64,000 nucleotides of DNA, taken from Spirochaetota bacterium (GTDB lineage Bacteria > Spirochaetota > UBA6919 > CBDBPB01). The translations under genes and the position numbers were made by a program. The notes under the pieces were generated by a model. That model worked only from the letters and a program-made list of their open reading frames with translations. It was not told the DNA's origin and did no database searches. This document shows, in pieces, positions 9,703 through 19,640 of this stretch; within the stretch, counting starts at the first letter, position 1, and the number at the start of each line of letters is the position of its first letter. Where the stretch lies: assembly GCA_965208615.1 (NCBI GenBank), contig CBDBPB010000004.1, forward strand, positions 128,001 to 192,000, in the 5' to 3' direction.

Positions 9703-10299
9703 TTAAAACTTTCTTAATACTCCAACAACCTTTCCACAAACTTTCAAGTCTGACTTAGCAGTTATAGTTATAGATTCATACAAGTCATTTTCTGGTTGTA
9801 AAGTAATTTTATTAGAATCAAAAAGTATTCTTTTAACAGTGGCTTCGTTATCGATTATGGCAACACATATTTCTCCATTTTCTATGCTTTCCTGATATTT
9901 TACAATGGCATAGTCACCATCTAAAATACCAGCATTCCGCATAGAATCACCTTTAATTCTAATAACGTAGCATCCTTCTGCATCAAAAAGCTCTTCTAGC
10001 CTTAGGTTACCCTCATTAAACTCATCTGACATAATAGGATTCCCTGCGGCCACTCTAGCCAAAATAGGAAAGTAATCTTTTCTTAAAATAACTATTCCCC
10101 TACTTCTTTTAAGCCTTTTAATATATCCCTTTCTCTCAAGAGCTTTTAGATGGTCAACTACACCTTGGTTAGAAGCAAAGCCAAAATGCTTTTTAATATC
10201 CACAAGTGTAGGAGGGCGGTTCTCCCTATTAGTATACTTATAAAGAAAATCGAATACTTCTTTTTGTCTAATAGTAATTTTTTTCATTTTATATTCCAA
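9703..10299 (-). CDS. lexA: SOS repressor LexA
   Basis: PPTLVDI...HLKALERKGYIKR wHTH, VAAG cleavage site, GDSM catalytic Ser, TVKR catalytic Lys; start may be 10287. Confidence 0.96.
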   Translation of the reverse strand: MEYKMKKITIRQKEVFDFLYKYTNRENRPPTLVDIKKHFGFASNQGVVDHLKALERKGYIKRLKRSRGIVILRKDYFPILARVAAGNPIMSDEFNEGNLRLEELFDAEGCYVIRIKGDSMRNAGILDGDYAIVKYQESIENGEICVAIIDNEATVKRILFDSNKITLQPENDLYESITITAKSDLKVCGKVVGVLRKF

Positions 10300-10510
10300 T
10301 TTTTCTATCTTTATTTTAATAAAACAAATAAATAATCGATTTACTTAGGTAAACGAAGAAAATATTGTTATTAAATATTCTAGTATTTTAAATAAAGAAC
10401 ATTATAATATAACATAACTATTTAAAATGTATTAAAATACACCTAAAAGGCATCTAGTTTTAGGGAGATAAAAAAAGTTTTTTTAATAGATAAGATAAAC
10501 AATATACAAA

Positions 10511-10593
10511 AGAAAATAACTTTTCCATCAATATTTTACTTTTCTGTTCCACAAAGGAGTCTAAAATACATTTATCTTGACGTTATATGTTTT
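10511..10593 (-). repeat. Decayed relic of the dispersed element (5' part of the inner module)
   Basis: Reverse complement reads ACATATAACGTCAAG...CTTTGTGGAACAGAAAAGTAAAATATTGATGGAAAAGTTATTTTCT, matching element ACATATAACGTAAAG...CTTTRTGGAACAGGAAAGTTAAGATATTTATGAAAAAGTTATTTTCT. Confidence 0.85.
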
Positions 10594-10946
10594 ATCTTAA
10601 AGCGATAAATACTAAATTAACAAACCTTCCTAACTATATCTGGTGAACACTTTATAACACATAAACTAAAATAAAAAAATATGACAACTAATAAATATTA
10701 GTGTACTTCTTAACCTAAATTTATTAACTTTTCTTTAAAAATTCCTTGCTTAACTATTTAAAATATAGAACTTTTAACATTTTCTGTATACTATCTATGT
10801 TATTATTATATTTTATTAATAATTGATCGATTTCTAATATTAAATTCCGTTAACGAACCAAAGGTAATATATATTGCTAAACCTTAAACTAATTTTTTTA
10901 CCTTACTTAAAAATGAACACTACTTCAATCTACCTAACTTAATTAA

Positions 10947-13382
10947 ATGAGGGTGGTTATGCGCTATTCACTAAAAATTATAATAATAATTTTTCTTATT
11001 TCTATAGTAACTCTAGCACTTTCCTTAATTTTATTAAAAGAAAATCTAGCCTTTAGACAAGCTCTAATAGCCTCGAGTATAGCTTCTACAATAATCTTTC
11101 TCATTGGCTTGTGGATAACTACAAAACAACAAAAAACATACAGAAAATATCCCCTAAAAAATAGAATAGAAGAAATCCTAAATAATACATGGAACTTTTT
11201 TCCAATTACAAGTAAAGTAAAAAATGAACAACTATCCGATGAACTAATAAGCTATAATAAATTATTTAATAAATTGGCTAAAAATGCCTCCATAACGCAA
11301 TCAGTTGCCAATAGACTAAATGACCTAGGAGGTTTTTTATCTTCCTCTTTAAATACTACTACACAAAATATGGATAGTATGATAAGATCTATTGAAAGAG
11401 TGAATCAAACAGTCATTGAGCAAACAAATATTGTTAACAAGACCGACTCTACTATTGGTGATATAATCTACTCCTTAGAAGAAATGATAACGCAAATTGA
11501 GTCCCAAATTAAAGAAGTAGAAAAAAACTCAAAAGCCGTAGAACACCTTACAAAATCAATAACCTCTCTAAACCTTATGACTGGTAAAGTAAATAGCGTT
11601 GCCACTAATCTCTCAGAAGTCGCCAGTGAAGGAGCTAACTCTATACACAGTGCTATAGAGGCTATTAAAGAGATTGAGTCTGCTAGCCATAGAGTGAGTG
11701 AAGGTGTTAACGTAATAACCAATATAGCAGAACAAACTAACTTATTGGCTATGAATGCCTCTATTGAAGCTGCACATGCAGGTAAATATGGTAAAGGTTT
11801 TGCAATTGTAGCCCATGAGATCAGAAAATTAGCTAATAACAGCACTCAGTCTGCCAAAGAGATTAGCGGTCTCAATAAAGATATGTTAACGAGAATCGAA
11901 CATGGTGTTAAGTTGGCTGATCACGCAGAAACATCTCTCACTGCTATTATAACCGATATTAGTGAAACAACTACCCTAATTAATAAAACAACTTCTACTA
12001 TATCAGAACAAGCTAAACAAACTAAATCTCTTGTAGAGTCAATGGAATCCTTAATGACCATATCTAGAGGGATTATGAAGGCTATTAATACCCAGCGTAC
12101 TGAAATAGAGGATGTTAAACAAGTTCTTAAAAGCCTTCTTCTAATCACAAATAGGGTGGTATTAACAACTTTTGACCAGAGTAAAGATGGAGAGCTAATT
12201 AGCCATAAAATAAATCTGATTAGTGGTAGCATTAATAATGGTAAATCACTATTAGATAATTTGAGTACTATTACCAATGCTTTTATAATTCCCAAAAAAC
12301 AAAAAGTCTTAAAAATCGGCTTTATAGCTGATCAGAGTGCTAGTGGAGTTGCTGAATTCGGTATTTCTGGAGTACATGGGTTTGAACTGGCTATTAATAA
12401 CATTAACTCAAATGGAGGCTTACTCGGTCATACAGTAGTTGGAATTAGTGATGACGATAAAGCATCACCAGATTTAGCCAGAGATAAGGTAACTAACCTC
12501 ATTGAAAAAGAAAATGTTATAGGTATAGTTGGTGGTGGTACCAGTGGTAGTACATTAAATTGGATAGATATACCACAAGAAAAAAATATTCCCTTAATAG
12601 TGCCTATAGCTACGGCAAGTGAAATAACGACTAGGTATAGCGATGAAGAGCAAAATTACATTTTTAGAGTTTCTAATACTGATTTAGACCAAGTAAAACT
12701 TCTAATTGCTCAAGCACTTAGGAGGTCTAAAACTGGTAAGATTGCTGTAATGGCTGACTCTACCTCATACGGAGAAGGTGCTCTTATAGACATTAAGCAT
12801 ATTTTGATGCAAAGCAAAAGAAGCCCTGTTGCTGTAGAAAGGTTTAAGCCTGGTGATGAGGATATGACTCTACAACTTAAAAAAATACAAAATAGCGGTG
12901 CAGATATTATACTTGTATACGGACTAACTACCGAAAATGCCAGAATATTAATAAACCTACAGGTTATGCAAAACTTTAAACCTGTACTACTTGGAAGCTG
13001 GGTAAATATGATTTCTATGGTATCAAAAGTCATAAATATTAGTAAATCTGAATTACTATTTACTGCCTCATCTATATCTGGGACCAATGAGGTATCCAAA
13101 AAACTGCAAGAACAAATTGAACAAAACTATCGTTTTACTCCTGTATTTTCGGTAGCGGCTCAGGCCTATGATGCTACCTTACTGCTTTCTCAGGCTATTA
13201 GTGACGCTAACTCTACTAACGGAGCTAAAATAGTTAAGGCATTAGAGAGTCTTGGACAGGTAAAGGGAGCTATTAAATTATATCATAAGCCCTATTCCGA
13301 AGATAATCATGAGGCACTAAGCAAAGATGACCTATTTTTAGCTCATTGGGACTCAGGACAAATAAAACCATATAGGCTATAA
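10947..13382 (+). CDS. Methyl-accepting chemotaxis protein with C-terminal LivJ/LivK-type (Peripla_BP_6) solute-binding domain
   Basis: 2 N-terminal TMs; IAEQTNLLAMNASIEAAHAGKYGKGFAIVAHEIRKLA hairpin; from ~aa 453 LKIGFI...AINNINSNGGLLG...DDKASP...YIFRVS...AAQAYDATLLL. Confidence 0.9.
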   Translation: MRVVMRYSLKIIIIIFLISIVTLALSLILLKENLAFRQALIASSIASTIIFLIGLWITTKQQKTYRKYPLKNRIEEILNNTWNFFPITSKVKNEQLSDELISYNKLFNKLAKNASITQSVANRLNDLGGFLSSSLNTTTQNMDSMIRSIERVNQTVIEQTNIVNKTDSTIGDIIYSLEEMITQIESQIKEVEKNSKAVEHLTKSITSLNLMTGKVNSVATNLSEVASEGANSIHSAIEAIKEIESASHRVSEGVNVITNIAEQTNLLAMNASIEAAHAGKYGKGFAIVAHEIRKLANNSTQSAKEISGLNKDMLTRIEHGVKLADHAETSLTAIITDISETTTLINKTTSTISEQAKQTKSLVESMESLMTISRGIMKAINTQRTEIEDVKQVLKSLLLITNRVVLTTFDQSKDGELISHKINLISGSINNGKSLLDNLSTITNAFIIPKKQKVLKIGFIADQSASGVAEFGISGVHGFELAINNINSNGGLLGHTVVGISDDDKASPDLARDKVTNLIEKENVIGIVGGGTSGSTLNWIDIPQEKNIPLIVPIATASEITTRYSDEEQNYIFRVSNTDLDQVKLLIAQALRRSKTGKIAVMADSTSYGEGALIDIKHILMQSKRSPVAVERFKPGDEDMTLQLKKIQNSGADIILVYGLTTENARILINLQVMQNFKPVLLGSWVNMISMVSKVINISKSELLFTASSISGTNEVSKKLQEQIEQNYRFTPVFSVAAQAYDATLLLSQAISDANSTNGAKIVKALESLGQVKGAIKLYHKPYSEDNHEALSKDDLFLAHWDSGQIKPYRL

Positions 13383-13396
13383 TCACCCCTAAATTT

Positions 13397-14119
13397 ATGG
13401 TACTAAAAAATAAAACTGCTCTCATTACAGGCGGAGGAACTGGTATTGGTAAGGCTATAGCCAAAGAGTATGCCAAAGCTGGTGCCTCTGTTATTATTAT
13501 ATCACGAAAAGAGTTAAACTTAAAAAAAACCAAAATAGAAATACTAAATGAAATCAATAGTAAAAATATAGACTATTTCGTATGCGATATAGCTAACAAA
13601 GAGCAAGTAGACAATCTAGCAAACAAAATAAAAAAACAATTTGGTCATCTTAATATTTTGGTAAACAATGCTGGAGTACTAGGACAAAGAAAAACTATAG
13701 CTAACTACCCAAAAGACGTCTGGGAAAAGGTAATAAACATTAACCTTAACGGAACTTTTTATATAACAAAAGCTCTTATACCTCTAATGACAAAAAGTTA
13801 TTCCTCTATCATAAATCTATCATCAGGAGTAGGCATAGAACCAAAAAAGGAATGGGGAGCCTATTCAATATCTAAGTTTGCCATAGAAGCCTTTACTAAA
13901 ATACTATCCCAAGAGCTATTAGCCTATAATATTAGGGTTAATGCGGTTAACCCCGGAGCAGTTAGAACCGATATGCGTGCTAAAGCCTATCCTAATGAGG
14001 ATCCAAATACAATAGCTAAGCCTGATGATATAACTAAGGTTTTTCTATATTTGGCTGAGGACAGTTCAAAACATATTACAGGAAAGTCTATAAATGCCAA
14101 AGAATATATAAATAAGTAA
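13397..14119 (+). CDS. SDR family oxidoreductase (YciK-like)
   Basis: TGGGTGIG, NNAG, YSISK, NPGAVRTDMRAKAYPNEDP. Confidence 0.9.
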   Translation: MVLKNKTALITGGGTGIGKAIAKEYAKAGASVIIISRKELNLKKTKIEILNEINSKNIDYFVCDIANKEQVDNLANKIKKQFGHLNILVNNAGVLGQRKTIANYPKDVWEKVININLNGTFYITKALIPLMTKSYSSIINLSSGVGIEPKKEWGAYSISKFAIEAFTKILSQELLAYNIRVNAVNPGAVRTDMRAKAYPNEDPNTIAKPDDITKVFLYLAEDSSKHITGKSINAKEYINK

Positions 14120-14175
14120 TATAGCAAATTGTTTTATGTTACAGGATAAGAACTGTATAAATAATCAAGGATATT

Positions 14176-15015
14176 ATGAAAACTAAAACTATGGAACTAG
14201 CTGATGGATGGTATCCCAAAAATAAAAAGTTGTGCTATAAAGAAATTAACTCTTTTTTAAACCAATATCCTAACATATCACTAAAAAACAGCCCTGTTGG
14301 GGGAATAGTACCTCATGCAGGATGGTACTTCTCTGGTAAACTATCCTGCAAAGTAATTAGCCTGTTAGCTGAAAGCAATGTAGATGTAATAGCAGTATTT
14401 GGCGGACACCTAAAAATAAATGACCTAATCACATATTATGACTACGACCTCTTTGAAACACCATTTGGTAATATTGAACTCCATAAACCCCTTTTTGACA
14501 AAGTTATAAACGAAATTAAAAATAACTCCGAACCAAACTATCTAACCGATAATACTGTAGAAATACAACTACCCTTTATAAAATACTTTTTTCCCAATAC
14601 AAAAATAGTTGCCTTTCGCTCTCCACCGTCTAATCTATCCGCTAACTTAGGGCAACTCATTGCCAATAAGGCAAAAGAACTAAACCTAAAACTAATTACC
14701 ATTGGCTCAACCGATCTAACCCATTACGGTCCCAATTATAGCTTTATGCCAGCAGGACTAGGTGAAAAGTCTATAGAATGGGTAAAAAATATAAACGATA
14801 ATACCCTAATCAACTACCTAAGCAAAATGGATGAAGATTTATCAATTGAACATGCCACTCAAAACTCAAGTGCATGTAGTGTTGGAGCCGCTATATCATG
14901 TATATCCGCCAGCAAAGCCTTAGGAAGAACTAAAGGAAATATCATTGATTATTATACAAGCTACGACGTTATGAAAAATGACAGCTTTGTCGGATATGTG
15001 GGTATGGTCTTCTAA
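14176..15015 (+). CDS. AmmeMemoRadiSam system protein B (MEMO1 family)
   Basis: GWYP, PHAGWYFSG, DNTVEIQLPF, STDLTHYG, SFVGYVG. Confidence 0.9.
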   Translation: MKTKTMELADGWYPKNKKLCYKEINSFLNQYPNISLKNSPVGGIVPHAGWYFSGKLSCKVISLLAESNVDVIAVFGGHLKINDLITYYDYDLFETPFGNIELHKPLFDKVINEIKNNSEPNYLTDNTVEIQLPFIKYFFPNTKIVAFRSPPSNLSANLGQLIANKAKELNLKLITIGSTDLTHYGPNYSFMPAGLGEKSIEWVKNINDNTLINYLSKMDEDLSIEHATQNSSACSVGAAISCISASKALGRTKGNIIDYYTSYDVMKNDSFVGYVGMVF

Positions 15016-16193
15016 TGCCCCTTTTAACTAGCTATGTGGATAATAGCTCCTTAGAAACCGCCATAAGCTTAGGCTTTGATAAACTATTAATAGAAGATCA
15101 ACAGTTCTCAATCCTCGCAAACAATAAGAGTGAAAATATCACCCATAAAATAAAAAACCTATACAATAAAGCTAAAAAACTTAATCCGCAAATAAAACTG
15201 GTCTTCAATATAGATATTATAACCCACCAAAATAACGTTAATATCATATCTAACCTAATAAACAGCCTATACACCATAGGTTACGACGGAATAAGAGTAC
15301 AGGATATCGGACTGGCTTGGCTCATCTATAATAAATATCCAAAAATTAACTTGGAAATAAATACTCAAACTGCTAATCGTAACTATAAAGCTATAAACTT
15401 CATGGAGAATAATTTTAAACCCTCTCTCAAAACTATTGTACTCTCCAATGAAATACCAAAAGATCAGCTTAAAACTATTATAGATAAGTCTTCTACACAA
15501 ACAGAAATATTAATACATGGTCCAATCTTGATGTTCCAAAGTAAACGACGGCTAATTGAACAGAGTAACTTTATAAATAAAGCTATCAAAAACCAAAATA
15601 ACTATGAAATATACCTAAAAGAACAAAAAAGAGAAAACGACTGGTTCCTGTTTAAAGATAATCCCCACGGTAGCTTTATGTTTTTCAGCCGTGAACTATG
15701 CCTCATAAACCAAATAGATGAAATACTAAAATTAAAAATACCATCCCTACTCTTTGACTTTAGAAATAAATCATCCGAAGTTATGATAAACGTTACCAGA
15801 GCTTATAAAGATAAAATAAATAATCCAACTATACCTAATAACCAAAACCTATTAAATAAAATAAATAAATACTATCCCCAAGGACTAACAGAAGGCTTTT
15901 TTAATAATAATCCGACTGATAATATCAATATTAATATGAATCAACCAAACCCAATAGCAAAGGTAATAGGTCTAGTAAAATATAAACTAATAGCCGTTGA
16001 GGTATACTCCAAGTTTAACAACGAAAATACTCTAAAAATTAATACCCCAGAAGGAAAAACCTTTGTACTAAATAACTATACTATCAAAAATATAGAAGGT
16101 GATCAAATCACACAAACAACAATAGGAGATGTAGTCCTACTAAATTGGCATAAAGGAATTACACCAGAAAGCCTTTTATATATAAATAAATAA
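15015..16193 (+). CDS. U32 peptidase family protein (TrhP1/YrrN-like, divergent)
   Basis: VQDIG, VLSNEI, EILIHGPILMFQSKRRLI, HGSFMFFSRELCLI, TEGFF plus a C-terminal beta-barrel-like region. Confidence 0.75.
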   Translation: MPLLTSYVDNSSLETAISLGFDKLLIEDQQFSILANNKSENITHKIKNLYNKAKKLNPQIKLVFNIDIITHQNNVNIISNLINSLYTIGYDGIRVQDIGLAWLIYNKYPKINLEINTQTANRNYKAINFMENNFKPSLKTIVLSNEIPKDQLKTIIDKSSTQTEILIHGPILMFQSKRRLIEQSNFINKAIKNQNNYEIYLKEQKRENDWFLFKDNPHGSFMFFSRELCLINQIDEILKLKIPSLLFDFRNKSSEVMINVTRAYKDKINNPTIPNNQNLLNKINKYYPQGLTEGFFNNNPTDNININMNQPNPIAKVIGLVKYKLIAVEVYSKFNNENTLKINTPEGKTFVLNNYTIKNIEGDQITQTTIGDVVLLNWHKGITPESLLYINK

Positions 16194-16194
16194 A

Positions 16195-19100
16195 CTATAC
16201 CTTTTTAATCCTAATTATAGATTGCTCTCCATTTAAGTCCCACTCTTTGCCTTCGCCGTCAATGGACTTATTAAAAATAATATCCACAGCCAAAGTCTCA
16301 TTCTTTATATAATCACTAAGCCAAGTTATAGAGTCCCTCACAGTATTAGACGAAGAATAATCCACCCTAATCCTGTCAAGAACATCAAAGTTATACTCCT
16401 TCCTCATATTCTGTACCTTGTTAACAAACTCCCTTGCAAAACCCTCTTTTCTTAATTCAGTAGTAATCTCAGAGTTTAATGCCACTGTAACATCATCTGA
16501 TACCTCAATAACAAGACCAGGCCTCTCCTTTCTCTGTATTAAAACATCATCCAGCGTAATATTAATAACTTTATCATCATAACCTAACTCAATACCATTA
16601 CCACCCTCAAGCTTTATTATGTCATCCCCAGTGAGAGCAGAAATAATAGGAATAACCTTCTTTAACTCCTTACCCAACATAGGACCAAGCTTCTTTAAAT
16701 TAGGCTTTACCGTTAGAATAACTAAATCCTTATCACTCTTAGCCAAAACAACTGATTTAACATTAAGCTCCTCACAAACTAAATCACTCATGGCTGATAT
16801 AACCCTCTCATCATCACGATTGTGACATACAACTATAAGCTCACTCAAGGGTTGACGTACCTTTATACCATACTTATTCCTCAAAGAACGACCCAGAGAT
16901 ACAACCGTACGTATAAGGTTCATCTCATGTTCTAAGGTTAAACTTCTATCTCCGTCATCAGCAACAGGATAATCGCATAAGTGTATGCTCTCTTTAGCGT
17001 CCAAATTAACCGACCTAACAACCTGTTGGTATATTTCCTCAGTAATAAAAGGTAAAAAAGGTGCCAATACCTTTAACAAATCAACAAATACACTATACAG
17101 CGTATCATAAGCCTCTTTTTTATCATTATCACTCTCCGACTTCCAAAAACGCCTTCTACTCCTTCGTATATACCAATTAGAAAGCTTATCAATATACTCA
17201 AATATATGTTGACATGACCCAGAAGAGTCATAACTATCCAATGCCTTTGTTACCCCAGTAATTAGACCTTTAGTCTCTGATAATATCCATAAGTCCAATG
17301 GATTAGATGAATTATGTATATCGTCAGGCTTGTAGTTATCAATCCTCGCATAAGTTACAAAAAAACTGTATATATTCCATATTGGTAAAATAATCTGCTT
17401 AAGATTATCCTTTAGTGCATCCTCAGAAAAGCGTATTGAATTACCAGGACTGGTATTCAAAAATAACCATCGCATAGCATCAGCACCATATTTATTAACC
17501 ATATCCGCAGGATCAACTACATTACCCTTAGATTTGCTCATCTTATGGCCGTCTTTATCCAAAACCAACTCTGTACATATAACATTCTTATAACTAGACC
17601 TGTCAGTCAACATAGTAGATATGGCTAATAAAGCATAAAACCAACCCCTTGTTTGATCCTGACCCTCACATATAAAATCAGCTGGATATTGACTGTTTAA
17701 TAACTCTGTAGAACCATCCTTAGAAGGATAGGCAAACTGACCCCAAGGCATTATCCCAGAATTATACCAACAATCTAGTACATCAGGCTCCCTTGTCATA
17801 TCCGACTTACACTTTGGACAAGTGCATATAACCTTGTCTATCTCTGGGATATGTAAATCAAAATCATCATCAATCTTAACTTTAGAATAGTCATTTAGCT
17901 CTTTAATAGACTCAACACAAATCTGATGCTTACAATCACCATTAGTACATGTCCAAATAGGCAAAGGTGAACCCCAATAACGCTCACGGGATATACACCA
18001 ATCCACATTGTTCTCAAGCCAATTACCAAACCTACCATCCCGTATATGACCAGGATACCAGTTAATATCCTTATTAGCCAATAACATACGATCCTTATAA
18101 GCAGTAGTTTTTATAAACCAGCTCGACTTTGCATAATACATAAGCCTCGCACCAGTACGATAGCAAAAGGGATAGGAATGCTCCAACCTCTCCTTAGCAA
18201 ATACTAAACCCCGTGATGACAAATCCTTAAGTATATTAACATCCATACCATCTTCAGTAAAGTATTTACCAGCATAGTCCCCACACTCATTAGTAAAATA
18301 ACCAGATAAATTAATATGCTGTACATAAGGCAAATCATACTTTTTAATTATACGATAGTCATCCTCGCCGTATAAAGCTAAATGAACAATACCAGTACCA
18401 TCCTCAGTGGTAACATAATCATCGTTTATAGTAAAATGCTTTCGCTTATCAAAACCACTATGAAACCCCCATAAAGGCTCATAGTCTATATTAACTAAAT
18501 CAGAACCCTTATAACGTTCAATTATATCATAATCGGCAAGAAAACCCTTATCCTCTAAAGGCTTAAGCCGTGCCTCAGCCAGAATATACTTCTCATTGTT
18601 AACCCTAATCTTAACATAATCAATATCCTTAGCAAGGGCTAGAGCTACATTACCTAATAAAGTCCATGGGGTAGTAGTCCATGCTAAGAAAAAGGTATTA
18701 TCCTCATCCCTAATAGCAAACTTAGCAAAAATAGATATATCTACTACATCCCTATACCCTTGGGCAACCTCATGATTTGATAATGACGTTCCAAGCCTTG
18801 GACAATGTGCTATAACCTTATGACCCTGATATAAAAGACCCTTCTCCCATGCACGCTTTAATACCCACCAATCACTTTGAATAAAATCATTAGTAAGAGT
18901 GGCATATTCATCCTCAAAGTCTAAAAACCGCCCAATACGCCTAATAGCATTAACCCACTCACCCTTATACCTAAACACCGTTTTACGACAATAATCTATA
19001 AACTTACTAACTCCATAATCTTCAACATCCGCCTTAGAGTTTAAACCAAGCTCCTTCTCAGCAGTAAGCTCAATAGGTAAACCATGAGTATCCCAGCCAG

Positions 19101-19350
19101 CCTTTCGTATAACACGATAACCCTGCATAGCCTTATACCTAGGCCATAAATCCTTTAATACACTTTGTAACATATGCCCTATATGAGGATGGCCGTTAGT
19201 ACCCGGTGGTCCATCATAAAATACATAGTCTTTATTTTTATTCTCAAGACTTTTGTAAAATATCTTGTTGTCTTCCCAAAACTTAAGTATTTGTTCTTCC
19301 AGCTTAGGAAAGGATACACTGGATAATGGCTCTCTATACATAAAAATCAC
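16195..19350 (-). CDS. ileS: Isoleucine--tRNA ligase, type 2
   Basis: GPPGTNGHPHIGH, GWDTHGLP, WTTTPWTL, KMSKS, WYIRRSRRRFW; type-2 C-terminus (EGFAREFVNKVQNMRK) with no C-terminal zinc finger. Confidence 0.97.
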   Translation of the reverse strand: MIFMYREPLSSVSFPKLEEQILKFWEDNKIFYKSLENKNKDYVFYDGPPGTNGHPHIGHMLQSVLKDLWPRYKAMQGYRVIRKAGWDTHGLPIELTAEKELGLNSKADVEDYGVSKFIDYCRKTVFRYKGEWVNAIRRIGRFLDFEDEYATLTNDFIQSDWWVLKRAWEKGLLYQGHKVIAHCPRLGTSLSNHEVAQGYRDVVDISIFAKFAIRDEDNTFFLAWTTTPWTLLGNVALALAKDIDYVKIRVNNEKYILAEARLKPLEDKGFLADYDIIERYKGSDLVNIDYEPLWGFHSGFDKRKHFTINDDYVTTEDGTGIVHLALYGEDDYRIIKKYDLPYVQHINLSGYFTNECGDYAGKYFTEDGMDVNILKDLSSRGLVFAKERLEHSYPFCYRTGARLMYYAKSSWFIKTTAYKDRMLLANKDINWYPGHIRDGRFGNWLENNVDWCISRERYWGSPLPIWTCTNGDCKHQICVESIKELNDYSKVKIDDDFDLHIPEIDKVICTCPKCKSDMTREPDVLDCWYNSGIMPWGQFAYPSKDGSTELLNSQYPADFICEGQDQTRGWFYALLAISTMLTDRSSYKNVICTELVLDKDGHKMSKSKGNVVDPADMVNKYGADAMRWLFLNTSPGNSIRFSEDALKDNLKQIILPIWNIYSFFVTYARIDNYKPDDIHNSSNPLDLWILSETKGLITGVTKALDSYDSSGSCQHIFEYIDKLSNWYIRRSRRRFWKSESDNDKKEAYDTLYSVFVDLLKVLAPFLPFITEEIYQQVVRSVNLDAKESIHLCDYPVADDGDRSLTLEHEMNLIRTVVSLGRSLRNKYGIKVRQPLSELIVVCHNRDDERVISAMSDLVCEELNVKSVVLAKSDKDLVILTVKPNLKKLGPMLGKELKKVIPIISALTGDDIIKLEGGNGIELGYDDKVINITLDDVLIQRKERPGLVIEVSDDVTVALNSEITTELRKEGFAREFVNKVQNMRKEYNFDVLDRIRVDYSSSNTVRDSITWLSDYIKNETLAVDIIFNKSIDGEGKEWDLNGEQSIIRIKKV

Positions 19351-19640
19351 CTGCTTATAATATTCAACGGATAAAGCAATAAAAATTCATATATCAAGAA
19401 AATATAGTATTTCTTAGAAAATTAAAAATAATCAAAACCCTAACTTTGTCAAGGGAATACTAAGTCTTTAAGCTTATCCGCTAACTTAGAACAACTCGAT
19501 AGCTTAAAACCTTTTTACAATAGTATACCAAGATATTCACAACTGTATACCAATAAAATATAATTTTTACCACTTAAATAATAATTCTTAAACTCTATAT
19601 ACCGAATAACTTCAATATAGAACATAATAAGGAATAAAAT

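Noticed and set aside
10300-10500. LexA operator upstream of lexA
   Set aside because: No convincing match to SOS boxes I know (CTGT-N8-ACAG, GAAC-N4-GTTC); the lineage-specific box cannot be derived from one site.
19475-19497. TATCCGCTAACTTAG..CAACTC also present inside the MEMO1 gene (14636-14658)
   Set aside because: A single short match (15 bp exact, 21/23 overall) is compatible with chance in 64 kb of biased sequence.
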